Positions 43,777 to 51,584 of a DNA stretch of 55,160 nt are shown here, one piece after another (position 1 is the stretch's first letter; every line of letters starts with the position of its first letter). The stretch comes from a virus. The notes beneath the pieces were generated by a model. It searched no databases, had not been told where the DNA came from, and saw only the letters and a program-made list of their open reading frames with translations. The position numbers were made by a program, and so were the translations under genes. Location of the stretch: the IMG/VR virus record IMGVR_UViG_3300012065_000001, positions 1 to 55,160 of that record; one strand, given 5' to 3'.

Positions 43777-43814
43777 AAAATAACATTGACAATAATCATT
43801 TTCAATGTTATTTT
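43777..43814. promoter_or_regulatory. 13-bp perfect inverted repeat (operator-like) overlapping a TTGACA box
   Basis: AAAATAACATTGA (43777-43789) / TCAATGTTATTTT (43802-43814) separated by 12 nt; TTGACA at 43787-43792. Confidence 0.6.
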
Positions 43815-43827
43815 TTATACATACTAA

Positions 43828-43918
43828 AAGTCAGCAAAGGGCAAACTTACCGAAAGGCAGGGGCGCAAAACTACGGGCCTAAAATCACTATGATCATGGC
43901 AGCCGGTTACCTACTTTA
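43828..43918 (+). promoter_or_regulatory. c-di-GMP-I (GEMM-I) riboswitch aptamer
   Basis: AAGGGCAAAC..CCGAAAGG..GGGGCGCAAAACTACGGGCCTAAA..GGCAGCCGGTTACC closely tracks the GEMM-I consensus / Vc2 aptamer (GGGCAAACC..GAAAG..GGGACGCAAAGCC.CCGGCCTAAA..GGTAGCGGGGTTACC). Confidence 0.8.
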
Positions 43919-43923
43919 TATTT

Positions 43924-43950
43924 AGCTGCTGGCTTCCGGCAGCTTTTTTA
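43924..43950 (+). terminator. Riboswitch expression-platform terminator
   Basis: AGCTGCTGG-CTT-CCGGCAGCT (9 bp, 1 G-U pair) plus TTTTTT. Confidence 0.8.
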
Positions 43951-44034
43951 TTTATAACACGCATTGTGTATTATTGCTAAAATTGCTGTCAATTTTATCA
44001 GAATTTTTCGTAGGGGGTGTGTAGGTGGTTTGTA

Positions 44035-44063
44035 TTGACATACATATGTTCGAGGATTAAAAT
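44035..44063 (+). promoter_or_regulatory. Sigma-70-type promoter
   Basis: TTGACA - 17 nt - TAAAAT. Confidence 0.6.
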
Positions 44064-44126
44064 TATACTAAAGTACCGAACAGATTTTCGAATTACATAC
44101 TAAAGGAGCTCAGGAGGTTGATTTAC

Positions 44127-44405
44127 ATGGAAAATGTTTTAACGTTAGACAGGTTAGAGATAGAGAATAAAAATGAAGAGGATGTAAATAACCTTGCTGT
44201 GGAAATGTTGAGGGAGGTTTGTAAGGGGATGGGGATAAAAGTATTTGAAATCCCAGAGGTAAATAAAACGTCCGTAAAATTTATTAAGCGGGAAAATGCC
44301 ATCGCTATTTATAGCAACGCAACCAGCACACATATAAAGGTTATGTTAGATATCATTTCCCACATTATACCCACAAAAGTTTTAGATGGAATCATTTCGG
44401 CTTAG
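44127..44405 (+). CDS. Hypothetical protein (92 aa), last gene before attP
   Basis: ATG 44127 lies 10 nt after AGGAGG. Confidence 0.55.
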   Translation: MENVLTLDRLEIENKNEEDVNNLAVEMLREVCKGMGIKVFEIPEVNKTSVKFIKRENAIAIYSNATSTHIKVMLDIISHIIPTKVLDGIISA

Positions 44406-44487
44406 TTGCAAAGTGCCTCAAAATGGCGTAAAATGGTGTTTGTTAAACGCAGATGATTTGCAGTAAGCGATATGCCAAGACCCGGAG

Positions 44488-44516
44488 GGTCGTAGGTTCG
44501 AATCCTACTCGGGGAG
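44488..44516 (+). other. tRNA 3' fragment (T-arm plus acceptor 3' strand): probable attP core
   Basis: GGTCGTAGGTTCGAATCCTACTCGGGGAG = T-stem GTAGG / loop TTCGAAT / CCTAC plus a 7-nt acceptor strand. No matching 5' half upstream. Adjacent to the integrase gene. Confidence 0.7.
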
Positions 44517-44551
44517 CTGGAGCCCGCATAAAAAGCGGATCGAAGTGGGAA

Positions 44552-44580
44552 CAAAAAAAGTGGAAAATTTGATTTCCCAC
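44552..44580 (-). terminator. Intrinsic terminator of the integrase transcript
   Basis: On the - strand: GTGGGAAA-TCAAA-TTTTCCAC followed by TTTTTTT. Confidence 0.7.
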
Positions 44581-44596
44581 TTTTTTCCCACTTTAG

Positions 44597-45757
44597 TTAG
44601 TTAAAAAGATAATTTAGCTTATTGACCTCATCGGTTTTTTTCTGGGGCATTAGATGCACATAAATTCTTTCGGTTTCCCGGATGCTCGCGTGTCCGAGGA
44701 GCCCGGAAACAGTTTTTATATCTACACCTGCCTCAAATAGTTTCGTCGCATAAGTATGCCTGAGATTATGCCAGCATCGACATTCCACACCGGCACGCTT
44801 TAAAATGCGTTCCCATGCACGAAGAAAATTTCGAGGTTCGAAATAATTACATCCGCCAGTTGTGAATAATGGACTCTTGATTGTATACCCAAGTCCATTT
44901 TTCAAATATTTTCGCTTTTGTTTCGTGACGTACCGCTGGAACGGTACAATCAAGCTGTCGGGAATTGGAACTTCTCGGCGGCTACTTTTTGTCTTGGGCG
45001 GCCCTATTTTTAATTTATATTCATAGGAGCCGTCTCTTTTTATTATTCGGGATTTTTTTAGAGCTTTTGTGATTTTCACAGCACATTCTTCCAAATCAAT
45101 ATCTTTTTCGGTCAAGGCGAGCTGTTCACCTTCCCGAAGACCGGTTCCTAATGCAAAAAGAAACGCAAACTCCATATCATGACCGCTGATTTCTTTTTTT
45201 ATTTTATCAAGCTCTTCATCCGAAAAGGGATTGATTTCTTCCTCTTCTTCGTCTTCTTCTGTCCATTCTTTTTTATCCTGTGGGAGCTCTATACCCTTGC
45301 AGGGATTAGCCAGTATAATTTTTTGTTCCACGGCATACCCCAGAAACATCTTCAATGTTTTATTTATATCTTTTACGGTATTAGCTGACGTCCCTGAATC
45401 GATTTTTTGATTGTAAAATCGTTGAATGCTCAAGCCTGATAAATCCCTAATACTTATATCGGCAATGTCAGAATCTTTTATATGCACACGATACGCGCTT
45501 TCATATTTGGCCTTTGTGCCATCCGCGCGTAAGGACGGCACAATCACATCGTAAATCCATATCTTCATGAGTTCTTGTAGACTCATTTTTTTATAATCCG
45601 TACGAAGACCAGAAGATAAGTCTGCCTTATATGCCTCGTATTTTGCCTCGGCATCTTTCTTGCAACTTCCCAGGAACTCCTTTCTTTTTCCGCTCACAGT
45701 TCGAACAATGCGGTAATATTCGTATCCATTCTTCCTATAGTTTGTTTTTTTAGACAT
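44597..45757 (-). CDS. int: Tyrosine integrase
   Basis: 386 aa; ..GLREGE..(box I), HNLRHTYATKLFEAGVDIKTVSGLLGHASIRETERIYVH (box II, catalytic Tyr). Confidence 0.95.
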   Translation of the reverse strand: MSKKTNYRKNGYEYYRIVRTVSGKRKEFLGSCKKDAEAKYEAYKADLSSGLRTDYKKMSLQELMKIWIYDVIVPSLRADGTKAKYESAYRVHIKDSDIADISIRDLSGLSIQRFYNQKIDSGTSANTVKDINKTLKMFLGYAVEQKIILANPCKGIELPQDKKEWTEEDEEEEEINPFSDEELDKIKKEISGHDMEFAFLFALGTGLREGEQLALTEKDIDLEECAVKITKALKKSRIIKRDGSYEYKLKIGPPKTKSSRREVPIPDSLIVPFQRYVTKQKRKYLKNGLGYTIKSPLFTTGGCNYFEPRNFLRAWERILKRAGVECRCWHNLRHTYATKLFEAGVDIKTVSGLLGHASIRETERIYVHLMPQKKTDEVNKLNYLFN

Positions 45758-45761
45758 GGCC

Positions 45762-46136
45762 TCAATCCTTTCTATATTTAGTTTTCAAAAGATCAATAAA
45801 ATATTTTAATTCCCCCTGCGCCTCATCCGGTAGTTCGAGAATGTCTTTTATGGTAGATGATATTTCCTCATCGTCCAATTGAGGTATAATATTTCCGGTT
45901 TCCGCATCAATACCAATTGCGATATCTTCTTGCTGTTCTTCCCAGCCCATGAGATAGATAGGGGATACATTCAGAGCGTCGGCAAGAGCATGGATGGTTG
46001 ATCGTTTCAAATTCTTGACTGTGCCTTTTTCATACTTCTGTATCGCAGCCTTTTTGACGCCTATCTTCATGCCTAATTCTTCTTGGGTATAGCCCATTGA
46101 ATTTCTGAGTTCTTTTATCCTATTTCCGATATTCAT
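45762..46136 (-). CDS. CI-like repressor (XRE-family HTH)
   Basis: IKELRNSMGYTQEELGMKIGVKKAAIQKYEKG; divergent from the cro-like gene. Confidence 0.85.
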   Translation of the reverse strand: MNIGNRIKELRNSMGYTQEELGMKIGVKKAAIQKYEKGTVKNLKRSTIHALADALNVSPIYLMGWEEQQEDIAIGIDAETGNIIPQLDDEEISSTIKDILELPDEAQGELKYFIDLLKTKYRKD

Positions 46137-46182
46137 TATTTTCCCTCCTACATTTTTATATTATCCTTTTTTCTGTATCTCA

Positions 46183-46211
46183 ATAGTAGCATTTTTGTTA
46201 ATGCAATGCAA
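46183..46211 (-). promoter_or_regulatory. Candidate repressor promoter
   Basis: On the - strand: TTGCAT - 17 nt - TACTAT. Confidence 0.45.
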
Positions 46212-46225
46212 GTAAAAATTAAAAA

Positions 46226-46242
46226 ATATCTTAAAAAGATTA
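46226..46242. promoter_or_regulatory. Operator-like site O3 (degenerate)
   Basis: ATATCT-TAAAA-AGATTA. Confidence 0.45.
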
Positions 46243-46251
46243 TTCTGACGC

Positions 46252-46280
46252 TTGACAGTTATATTTATACATGATATTAT
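46252..46280 (+). promoter_or_regulatory. Early rightward promoter
   Basis: TTGACA - 17 nt - TATTAT. Confidence 0.7.
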
Positions 46281-46284
46281 TTCA

Positions 46285-46301
46285 GTATCTTAACCAGATA
46301 C
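46285..46301. promoter_or_regulatory. Operator O1
   Basis: GTATCT-TAACC-AGATAC perfect 6-bp arms, 4 nt downstream of the -10. Confidence 0.65.
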
Positions 46302-46342
46302 ACAAGACAGAAACGACGTTTGCCCAGAGGGGTGGTGAGACT

Positions 46343-46561
46343 ATGAACAAGGCAAAATTAAAATCATTGATGGTTTTGCATGGAGATACAAACTTATCGC
46401 TTTCAGCCGAATTAGGCGTGTCAGCACAAAGATTTTCAATGAAAATCAATGAATCACATGGAGCTGAATTTACTCAAAATGAAATATCTATTATCAAGCA
46501 AAAATACAAATTAACAGGAGATGAGCTGGCAGAGATTTTTTTTGACGAAAAAGTATCTTAA
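46343..46561 (+). CDS. Cro-like small HTH regulator
   Basis: ATG 46343 after GGGGTGGTGAG; LSLSAELGVSAQRFSMKIN; first gene of the rightward operon. Confidence 0.65.
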   Translation: MNKAKLKSLMVLHGDTNLSLSAELGVSAQRFSMKINESHGAEFTQNEISIIKQKYKLTGDELAEIFFDEKVS

Positions 46562-46569
46562 ATAGATAC
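46553..46569. promoter_or_regulatory. Operator O2
   Basis: GTATCT-TAAAT-AGATAC, same arms as O1; overlaps the cro-like stop codon. Confidence 0.6.
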
Positions 46570-46589
46570 ATAGCGAAAGGAGGCCCATC

Positions 46590-46853
46590 ATGAAAGACAT
46601 CCCCTACATAGAAATGACGACAACCGAATATGCCAAGGACCAGGGTATTAGTGAGTCAACTGTCCGGCGTCGGTGTGAACAAGGATCGCTCGATGCTTAC
46701 AAGCTTAATGACGATCTGAGTGGCAGCCGCTGGATAATTAAGGTTCAAAAGGGCGACACAGTACCGCGAATGGACTATGAAAAACTGCTGCGTGAGAAGT
46801 ACGAGCTTGAAGCGCTGATATCTACGATGAGGAAGTTGCTGTCAACAGCTTAG
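46590..46853 (+). CDS. HTH DNA-binding protein (excisionase/MerR-like)
   Basis: TTTEYAKDQGISESTVRRRCEQGSLDAYKL...RWII. Confidence 0.6.
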   Translation: MKDIPYIEMTTTEYAKDQGISESTVRRRCEQGSLDAYKLNDDLSGSRWIIKVQKGDTVPRMDYEKLLREKYELEALISTMRKLLSTA

Positions 46854-46865
46854 GAAGGAGGAAAT

Positions 46866-47609
46866 ATGAACGAGTTAATACCGATAACAATCAACGAGAA
46901 TCAGGAGCCTATATGCAGCGGTAGAGATTTGCATAATTTTCTGGAAGTCAAAACGGAATATGCGAAATGGTTCGATCGCATGAAGGAATACGGATTTGCT
47001 GATGAATTAGACTTTTCGTCAATTTTGTCGGAAAGTACCGGTGGCCGACCCAGCACAGACCACGCCATCAAATTAGACATGGCAAAAGAGCTCGCAATGC
47101 TCCAGCGAAACGACAAAGGCAAGCAAGCCCGGCAATACTTCATCCGAATCGAAAAAGATTGGAACAGCCCTGAAAAGATTATGGCAAGGGCGTTGAAGAT
47201 CGCCGAACAGAAATTATCTTTTTTACAAATCGAAGTTGCCCAAAAGAACCAACTAATAGGCGAGCTCAAGCCCAAGGCTGATTACACCGACAAGATACTC
47301 CAAAGCAAAGGCACTGTAACAATCACTGCCATAGCCAAGGATTACGGCATGACAGGGACAGCATTTAACAAGCTGCTGCATGAGCTAAAGGTCCAGTACA
47401 AGCAGGGCGATATATGGCTACTGTATCGGGAGCACCAAGCGAAGGGCTACACGCACAGCAAGACATTTGATTATTTGGACAGCAGGGGTAACCCGCAGAC
47501 GCGGATGCAAACGCAATGGACGCAGAAGGGCAGACTGTTCTTGTATGAACTGTTAAAAAAGAACGGGATATTGCCAATGATTGAACGTAATGAGTTGCTG
47601 GCTATCTAA
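46866..47609 (+). CDS. Antirepressor (AntA-like N-domain plus KilA-C domain)
   Basis: SGRDLHNFLEVKTEYAKWF..., DHAIKLDMAKELAMLQRNDKGKQARQYFI, C-terminal TITAIAKDYGMTGTAFNKLLHELKVQYK. Confidence 0.8.
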   Translation: MNELIPITINENQEPICSGRDLHNFLEVKTEYAKWFDRMKEYGFADELDFSSILSESTGGRPSTDHAIKLDMAKELAMLQRNDKGKQARQYFIRIEKDWNSPEKIMARALKIAEQKLSFLQIEVAQKNQLIGELKPKADYTDKILQSKGTVTITAIAKDYGMTGTAFNKLLHELKVQYKQGDIWLLYREHQAKGYTHSKTFDYLDSRGNPQTRMQTQWTQKGRLFLYELLKKNGILPMIERNELLAI

Positions 47610-47636
47610 CCGGCCACCAAGAAAGGAAGGAAAAAA

Positions 47637-47828
47637 ATGAAGCCCATATCTGAACAGTACCCATTATTAGGACATGATTTTTCAGCGAATGAAAATTTCG
47701 ATGAAATATATGCACTTGCTAAGAAAATCGTTGATATCGTTCTTCTGGAAAAAAGAAGCTATGCCGAAGCGTGCGAGGCTTTCAGCATAGCAAAGAAAGG
47801 ATTAGAAAGTATCCCATATAAAGCTTAG
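47637..47828 (+). CDS. Hypothetical protein (63 aa)
   Basis: SD GAAAGGAAGG. Confidence 0.5.
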   Translation: MKPISEQYPLLGHDFSANENFDEIYALAKKIVDIVLLEKRSYAEACEAFSIAKKGLESIPYKA

Positions 47829-48010
47829 TCGTTTTTATTCTCGCCCGTGTGTCTCAGCATTTCATTCATGATTACCACGTAGGAATCACAATAAACTTGT
47901 GCCATTTTTCGCCAAACAATTTCTTTAGATGGCGCATGAGCAGGTGTATTTTTTGCACAAGCTAAAGCCAATTCATGAGCAGCTCTGTCAAAATCAACCA
48001 TATTCTTCAC
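47825..48010 (-). CDS. Hypothetical protein (61 aa), lone minus-strand gene in the early operon
   Basis: The - strand has GGGAGGTGAAGAAT immediately upstream of the ATG. Confidence 0.55.
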   Translation of the reverse strand: MKNMVDFDRAAHELALACAKNTPAHAPSKEIVWRKMAQVYCDSYVVIMNEMLRHTGENKND

Positions 48011-48072
48011 CTCCCTTCCATCGGGAGATTATACCAAAAAATTACAAATATTGCCACGAAGGGAGGCCCCAC

Positions 48073-48279
48073 ATGCAAGACCTAACCAACCTACCAAAAA
48101 TCGAATTAATAACCCGCCTCGACCGCGTATACGAAGCATTGGAAACCATGATGCCCAACGCCAAGGCAGAGGCCCGGAAAGCATACCCGCATGACTTCGT
48201 ATACCAGCATCACGCTATGGAGGGGACGCTGATATCGGACGTTAAGTGGTTGCGGAAAATTATTGAAGGGGAGGCATAG
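48073..48279 (+). CDS. Hypothetical protein (68 aa)
   Basis: ATG after GAAGGGAGG. Confidence 0.5.
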   Translation: MQDLTNLPKIELITRLDRVYEALETMMPNAKAEARKAYPHDFVYQHHAMEGTLISDVKWLRKIIEGEA

Positions 48280-48282
48280 CTA

Positions 48283-48777
48283 TTGATATGGACAAAATCC
48301 AATCGGGCCGATCCCAGGGCCCGCGTATTGGCAGACAGGCACTATAACCGACAAAAACCGGGAACAAAGCAATTTGTGCCACCCGGAAGATGCTTAGTGC
48401 TATACGCCGAAACAGATAAAGGCAAAGCGTTTTGGGTTACGTCCTGGCCTTATTCCGAATACGTAAAGCACGAATGGGCTGGGGCTTGGATATGTTCAGC
48501 ATTTCGAAATGAGTGCGCTGGTAAGGCATCGGATATGATACGCGAGGCAGTAGCGTTGACTAAATCGCATTTTGGGGAGCCGCCAGAGCTTGGAATGATA
48601 ACTTTTATTGACACCAAAAAGGTACGGCCGACGTACATACACGGATGCCCAACATGGGGACGCAGCTACATTCTTGCTGGATTTAGATATGCAGGACAAA
48701 CAAAGGGTGGTTTGTTGGCATTCCAACTTTTACCGGAAAATATGCCAACAACTGCAATTATAGAAGGGGAGATGTAA
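48283..48777 (+). CDS. Conserved phage protein often found next to methyltransferases (GNAT-fold-like?)
   Basis: RARVLADRHYNRQKPGTKQFVPPG..WICSAFRNE..ITFIDTKKV.. pattern. Family name not verified. Confidence 0.5.
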   Translation: MIWTKSNRADPRARVLADRHYNRQKPGTKQFVPPGRCLVLYAETDKGKAFWVTSWPYSEYVKHEWAGAWICSAFRNECAGKASDMIREAVALTKSHFGEPPELGMITFIDTKKVRPTYIHGCPTWGRSYILAGFRYAGQTKGGLLAFQLLPENMPTTAIIEGEM

Positions 48778-48779
48778 CA

Positions 48780-48917
48780 ATGCGCAAACTACTACGAAAA
48801 ATCGCCCACTACCGGATGCAAAAGGCCGGGCGCGTGAGGGTGAATAAGAAACGCGACGGGGATAGGACCTACATTGATGGGAGCTACTTCTCCCGGAATT
48901 GGAGGGAGTTTTGTTGA
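48780..48917 (+). CDS. Small basic phage protein (45 aa; below track cutoff)
   Basis: [25 protein letters not shown]...[11 protein letters not shown]; ATG 2 nt after the upstream stop. Confidence 0.5.
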   Translation: MRKLLRKIAHYRMQKAGRVRVNKKRDGDRTYIDGSYFSRNWREFC

Positions 48918-49981
48918 CGCATTTAAGCCTTTTCAGCGGAATAGGCGGACTTGATTTAGCCGCTGAGTGGGCAGGATTTGAAACCGTCGGGCAGTGCGAA
49001 TTTGCCGATTATCCGACAAAAGTCTTAGAAAAGCATTGGCCTAATGTGCCGAGGTGGAAAGACATACGAACATTGACGGGAGAGAGTTTTTATGAGCGAA
49101 CAAGATTGCACACAGTTGATCTTATCAGCGGAGGATTCCCATGCCAGCCATTTTCCGTGGCTGGAAAGCAAAAAGGTAAAGGGGACGACCGTTACCTCTG
49201 GCCGGAAATGCTCAGAGTTATCAGAGAACTTAAGCCGCGTTGGGTACTTGGTGAGAACGTTCCTGGAATCCTGCGAATTGCCGCGGATGACGTTTGCAAG
49301 GACTTGGAGCGTGAAGGCTACGACATCGGGATTTTTGATTATGAAGCTGCGGCTGTCGGAGCGCCGCACCGGAGGGAAAGAGTGTTCTTTGTGGCCAACT
49401 GCAACGGCACTAGATTATGCAAAAGAGAATATGAAATCGACCCAGCAAAAAGAGAACAACAGGCACAGCCTCGATCTTCCGAGTGCGGTAAAGTTGTGGC
49501 CTACTCCAAAGGCCAGCGACTCAATTATGGGAATGACGGCGAGAACAAGCAACAGGCCGATAGAGAAATCGACTCATCTACAGACGCAAGTACATCTTGC
49601 GGAGCAGAAACTGTGGCCGACACCAAAAGCCAGCGATTGCAAGGGTACGGGACCGGTTGGGAGCAAATCACAAATACACGATTCGATGAAAGGAAACTTG
49701 AAGGGTGTCGTGATGGATGCTACGGGGGGTCAGTTGAATCCGAATTGGGTGGAGGCTTTAATGGGCTTCCCGGTGAATTGGACGAACTTGGAGGCTTGAG
49801 AAATGGGGTATTATGGCCTGCTTTGGCAGGAGAAGAACAATATCATTGGGAGGCTTCGAGAACTGTAAAAGGAATAAAAAACCGTGTGGACCGACTTAAA
49901 TGCTTAGGGAATGCGGTTGTGCCAGCACAGGTCTATCCGATTTTGCGGGCAATCGTAGGGATTGAAAGGAGGTCTATATGA
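48914..49981 (+). CDS. dcm: DNA (cytosine-5) methyltransferase
   Basis: [10 protein letters not shown] (motif I), GGFPCQPFS (IV), LGENVPG (VI), [12 protein letters not shown] (VIII), [11 protein letters not shown] (X). TTG start at 48911/48914 after GGAGGGAG. Confidence 0.85.
   Translation: MTHLSLFSGIGGLDLAAEWAGFETVGQCEFADYPTKVLEKHWPNVPRWKDIRTLTGESFYERTRLHTVDLISGGFPCQPFSVAGKQKGKGDDRYLWPEMLRVIRELKPRWVLGENVPGILRIAADDVCKDLEREGYDIGIFDYEAAAVGAPHRRERVFFVANCNGTRLCKREYEIDPAKREQQAQPRSSECGKVVAYSKGQRLNYGNDGENKQQADREIDSSTDASTSCGAETVADTKSQRLQGYGTGWEQITNTRFDERKLEGCRDGCYGGSVESELGGGFNGLPGELDELGGLRNGVLWPALAGEEQYHWEASRTVKGIKNRVDRLKCLGNAVVPAQVYPILRAIVGIERRSI
49092..49799 (+). other. 235-codon stop-free alternative frame inside the methyltransferase gene carrying WPTP x3 and LMGFP-type boxes
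   Basis: The +1 frame reads [53 protein letters not shown]. See findings. Confidence 0.3.
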
Positions 49982-50160
49982 CGTACGTTTTTGACGATTG
50001 GCCCACAGTCATAGCAATAGCCCTAACCCTGGGCTGGCTAACCACAAAAATTAGGAGGCGAATAGTAAATGATATACATAATCGCGCTATTAAGCGCAAG
50101 CTGGATCATATTTTTGACCGTGATGTATGCCAAGATGGCAATCGAGCGCAGGAACGATAA
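49978..50160 (+). CDS. Small membrane protein (60 aa)
   Basis: ATGA overlap; TM segment [16 protein letters not shown]. Confidence 0.5.
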   Translation: MTYVFDDWPTVIAIALTLGWLTTKIRRRIVNDIHNRAIKRKLDHIFDRDVCQDGNRAQER

Positions 50161-50211
50161 AATCTGGCTTCGAATTAGGACCGAAGCAATGAAGCAGTAT
50201 AGGAGGCGGCT

Positions 50212-50421
50212 ATGACCTACCACGAATACACCCCCGGCACCATCAGCATCGGCGACCGCGTCAAAGTCCATACCCATGACGATATCGGCCCAGTGTATGG
50301 CGAGGTCACGGCGATATGTGAGGACCACGCAACGGTACGATGCCCTGAGTATGTTAGCGCAGTTAATTTTAGGGCCGCTAGCGTGCCGGAGTGGTGCCAG
50401 GGCCGGGGCGGGTATAAGTAA
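50212..50421 (+). CDS. Hypothetical protein (69 aa)
   Basis: SD TAGGAGGCGG. Confidence 0.55.
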   Translation: MTYHEYTPGTISIGDRVKVHTHDDIGPVYGEVTAICEDHATVRCPEYVSAVNFRAASVPEWCQGRGGYK

Positions 50422-50446
50422 AAACAAGGAAGGGAGATTGAAGTTA

Positions 50447-50824
50447 ATGGGTGAAAATCTAATACCCAAGTTAGCCGAATGGCTGGGGCTGGTTGATGGG
50501 GATGAATTTGAGATTGAAGGCTCTACTTACAGTCCCTACAAATACATAGACGGCAGATTCGTCGATCGCGAAGGCGACAACGCACTCGTTGGGTGGTTTG
50601 GAAGAATAATAATGGGCGATATTGAGATCAAAAAGCTGCCCTGGAAACCGGAGCGTGGAGATAGATACTACTATGTTGACGAGGACGGCGATGCATGCTT
50701 TGACGGATTTGAGTACGAGGTTGATGTGGCCCGTTACATGATGGGTAATTGCTTCCGAACGCTAGACGAAGCTAAAGCCCATAAACCCGAAATTCTAGCG
50801 AAGATACGGGAGGTCCTGGGGTAA
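50447..50824 (+). CDS. Hypothetical protein with WKPERGDRYYY..GNCFRTLDEA box
   Basis: ATG 50447 after AAGGGAG; box is paralogous to the C-terminus of 2134..2511. Confidence 0.55.
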   Translation: MGENLIPKLAEWLGLVDGDEFEIEGSTYSPYKYIDGRFVDREGDNALVGWFGRIIMGDIEIKKLPWKPERGDRYYYVDEDGDACFDGFEYEVDVARYMMGNCFRTLDEAKAHKPEILAKIREVLG

Positions 50825-50905
50825 AAACAGCCCCTTAAGACGGCGGCAACCGTCGGGGGCATATAAAAACATTGATAGCATTATTGTAAGGCAAAGGAGG
50901 ACGAA

Positions 50906-51073
50906 ATGCAAGAGGGATTAAAAATTAGGACCGTCACGGAGCAGGAATTTACTGTGTCCGGGCCGGTTGAGTATCGGGATGGTGTGTATTATTGTGCCGG
51001 TGCGAGCTGGCCGGAGGAGATCGTGAAAAAAGTATTAGCAACTACCGGGGAGGCGGTGTCGGAAAATGTCTGA
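50906..51073 (+). CDS. Small hypothetical protein (55 aa; below track cutoff)
   Basis: ATG after AAAGGAGGA; the stop overlaps the next start. Confidence 0.5.
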   Translation: MQEGLKIRTVTEQEFTVSGPVEYRDGVYYCAGASWPEEIVKKVLATTGEAVSENV

Positions 51074-51584
51074 GACTCATTGGAAAAAATTATCTGACCC
51101 AAATTATTTGGGCTCATGGGATTTTAGCAAAGGCGAAGAGCGAATTTTGACCATATCGCGAGTTGTGGTAGAGGAAGTCTTTAATCCATCTTCGAGCCAG
51201 AAAGAAATGTGCACAGCTGCGCATTTTAGCGAGAAATCACTGCCTATGATACTGAACAAAACTAATTGCAAAATGATTGCAAAGATATACGGAACACCAT
51301 TTATTGAGAAGTGGACTGGATGTCAAGTGCTTATCGGCGTAGACAAAGTTAAGGCTAAGGGCGAGCTCGTGGAGGCATTGCGCATAAGGGATCAAAAACC
51401 AGCTAAAACCCAAACACCAGTCCCACCTTGCCACGATTGCAACAAAAAAATAGCTGCCATGGATAAATATACGGCAGAACAGATTGTGGCAGTAAATATT
51501 AAGCGTTACGGCGTGCCATTATGCGCCGAATGTAGTAATAAGCGAAAATCTGAGGAGGTAAAAACGGATGCAATTGACGAATGA
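51066..51584 (+). CDS. Hypothetical protein with C-terminal CxxC..CxxC ribbon
   Basis: 172 aa; CHDCNKK...CAECSNK. Confidence 0.55.
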   Translation: MSETHWKKLSDPNYLGSWDFSKGEERILTISRVVVEEVFNPSSSQKEMCTAAHFSEKSLPMILNKTNCKMIAKIYGTPFIEKWTGCQVLIGVDKVKAKGELVEALRIRDQKPAKTQTPVPPCHDCNKKIAAMDKYTAEQIVAVNIKRYGVPLCAECSNKRKSEEVKTDAIDE

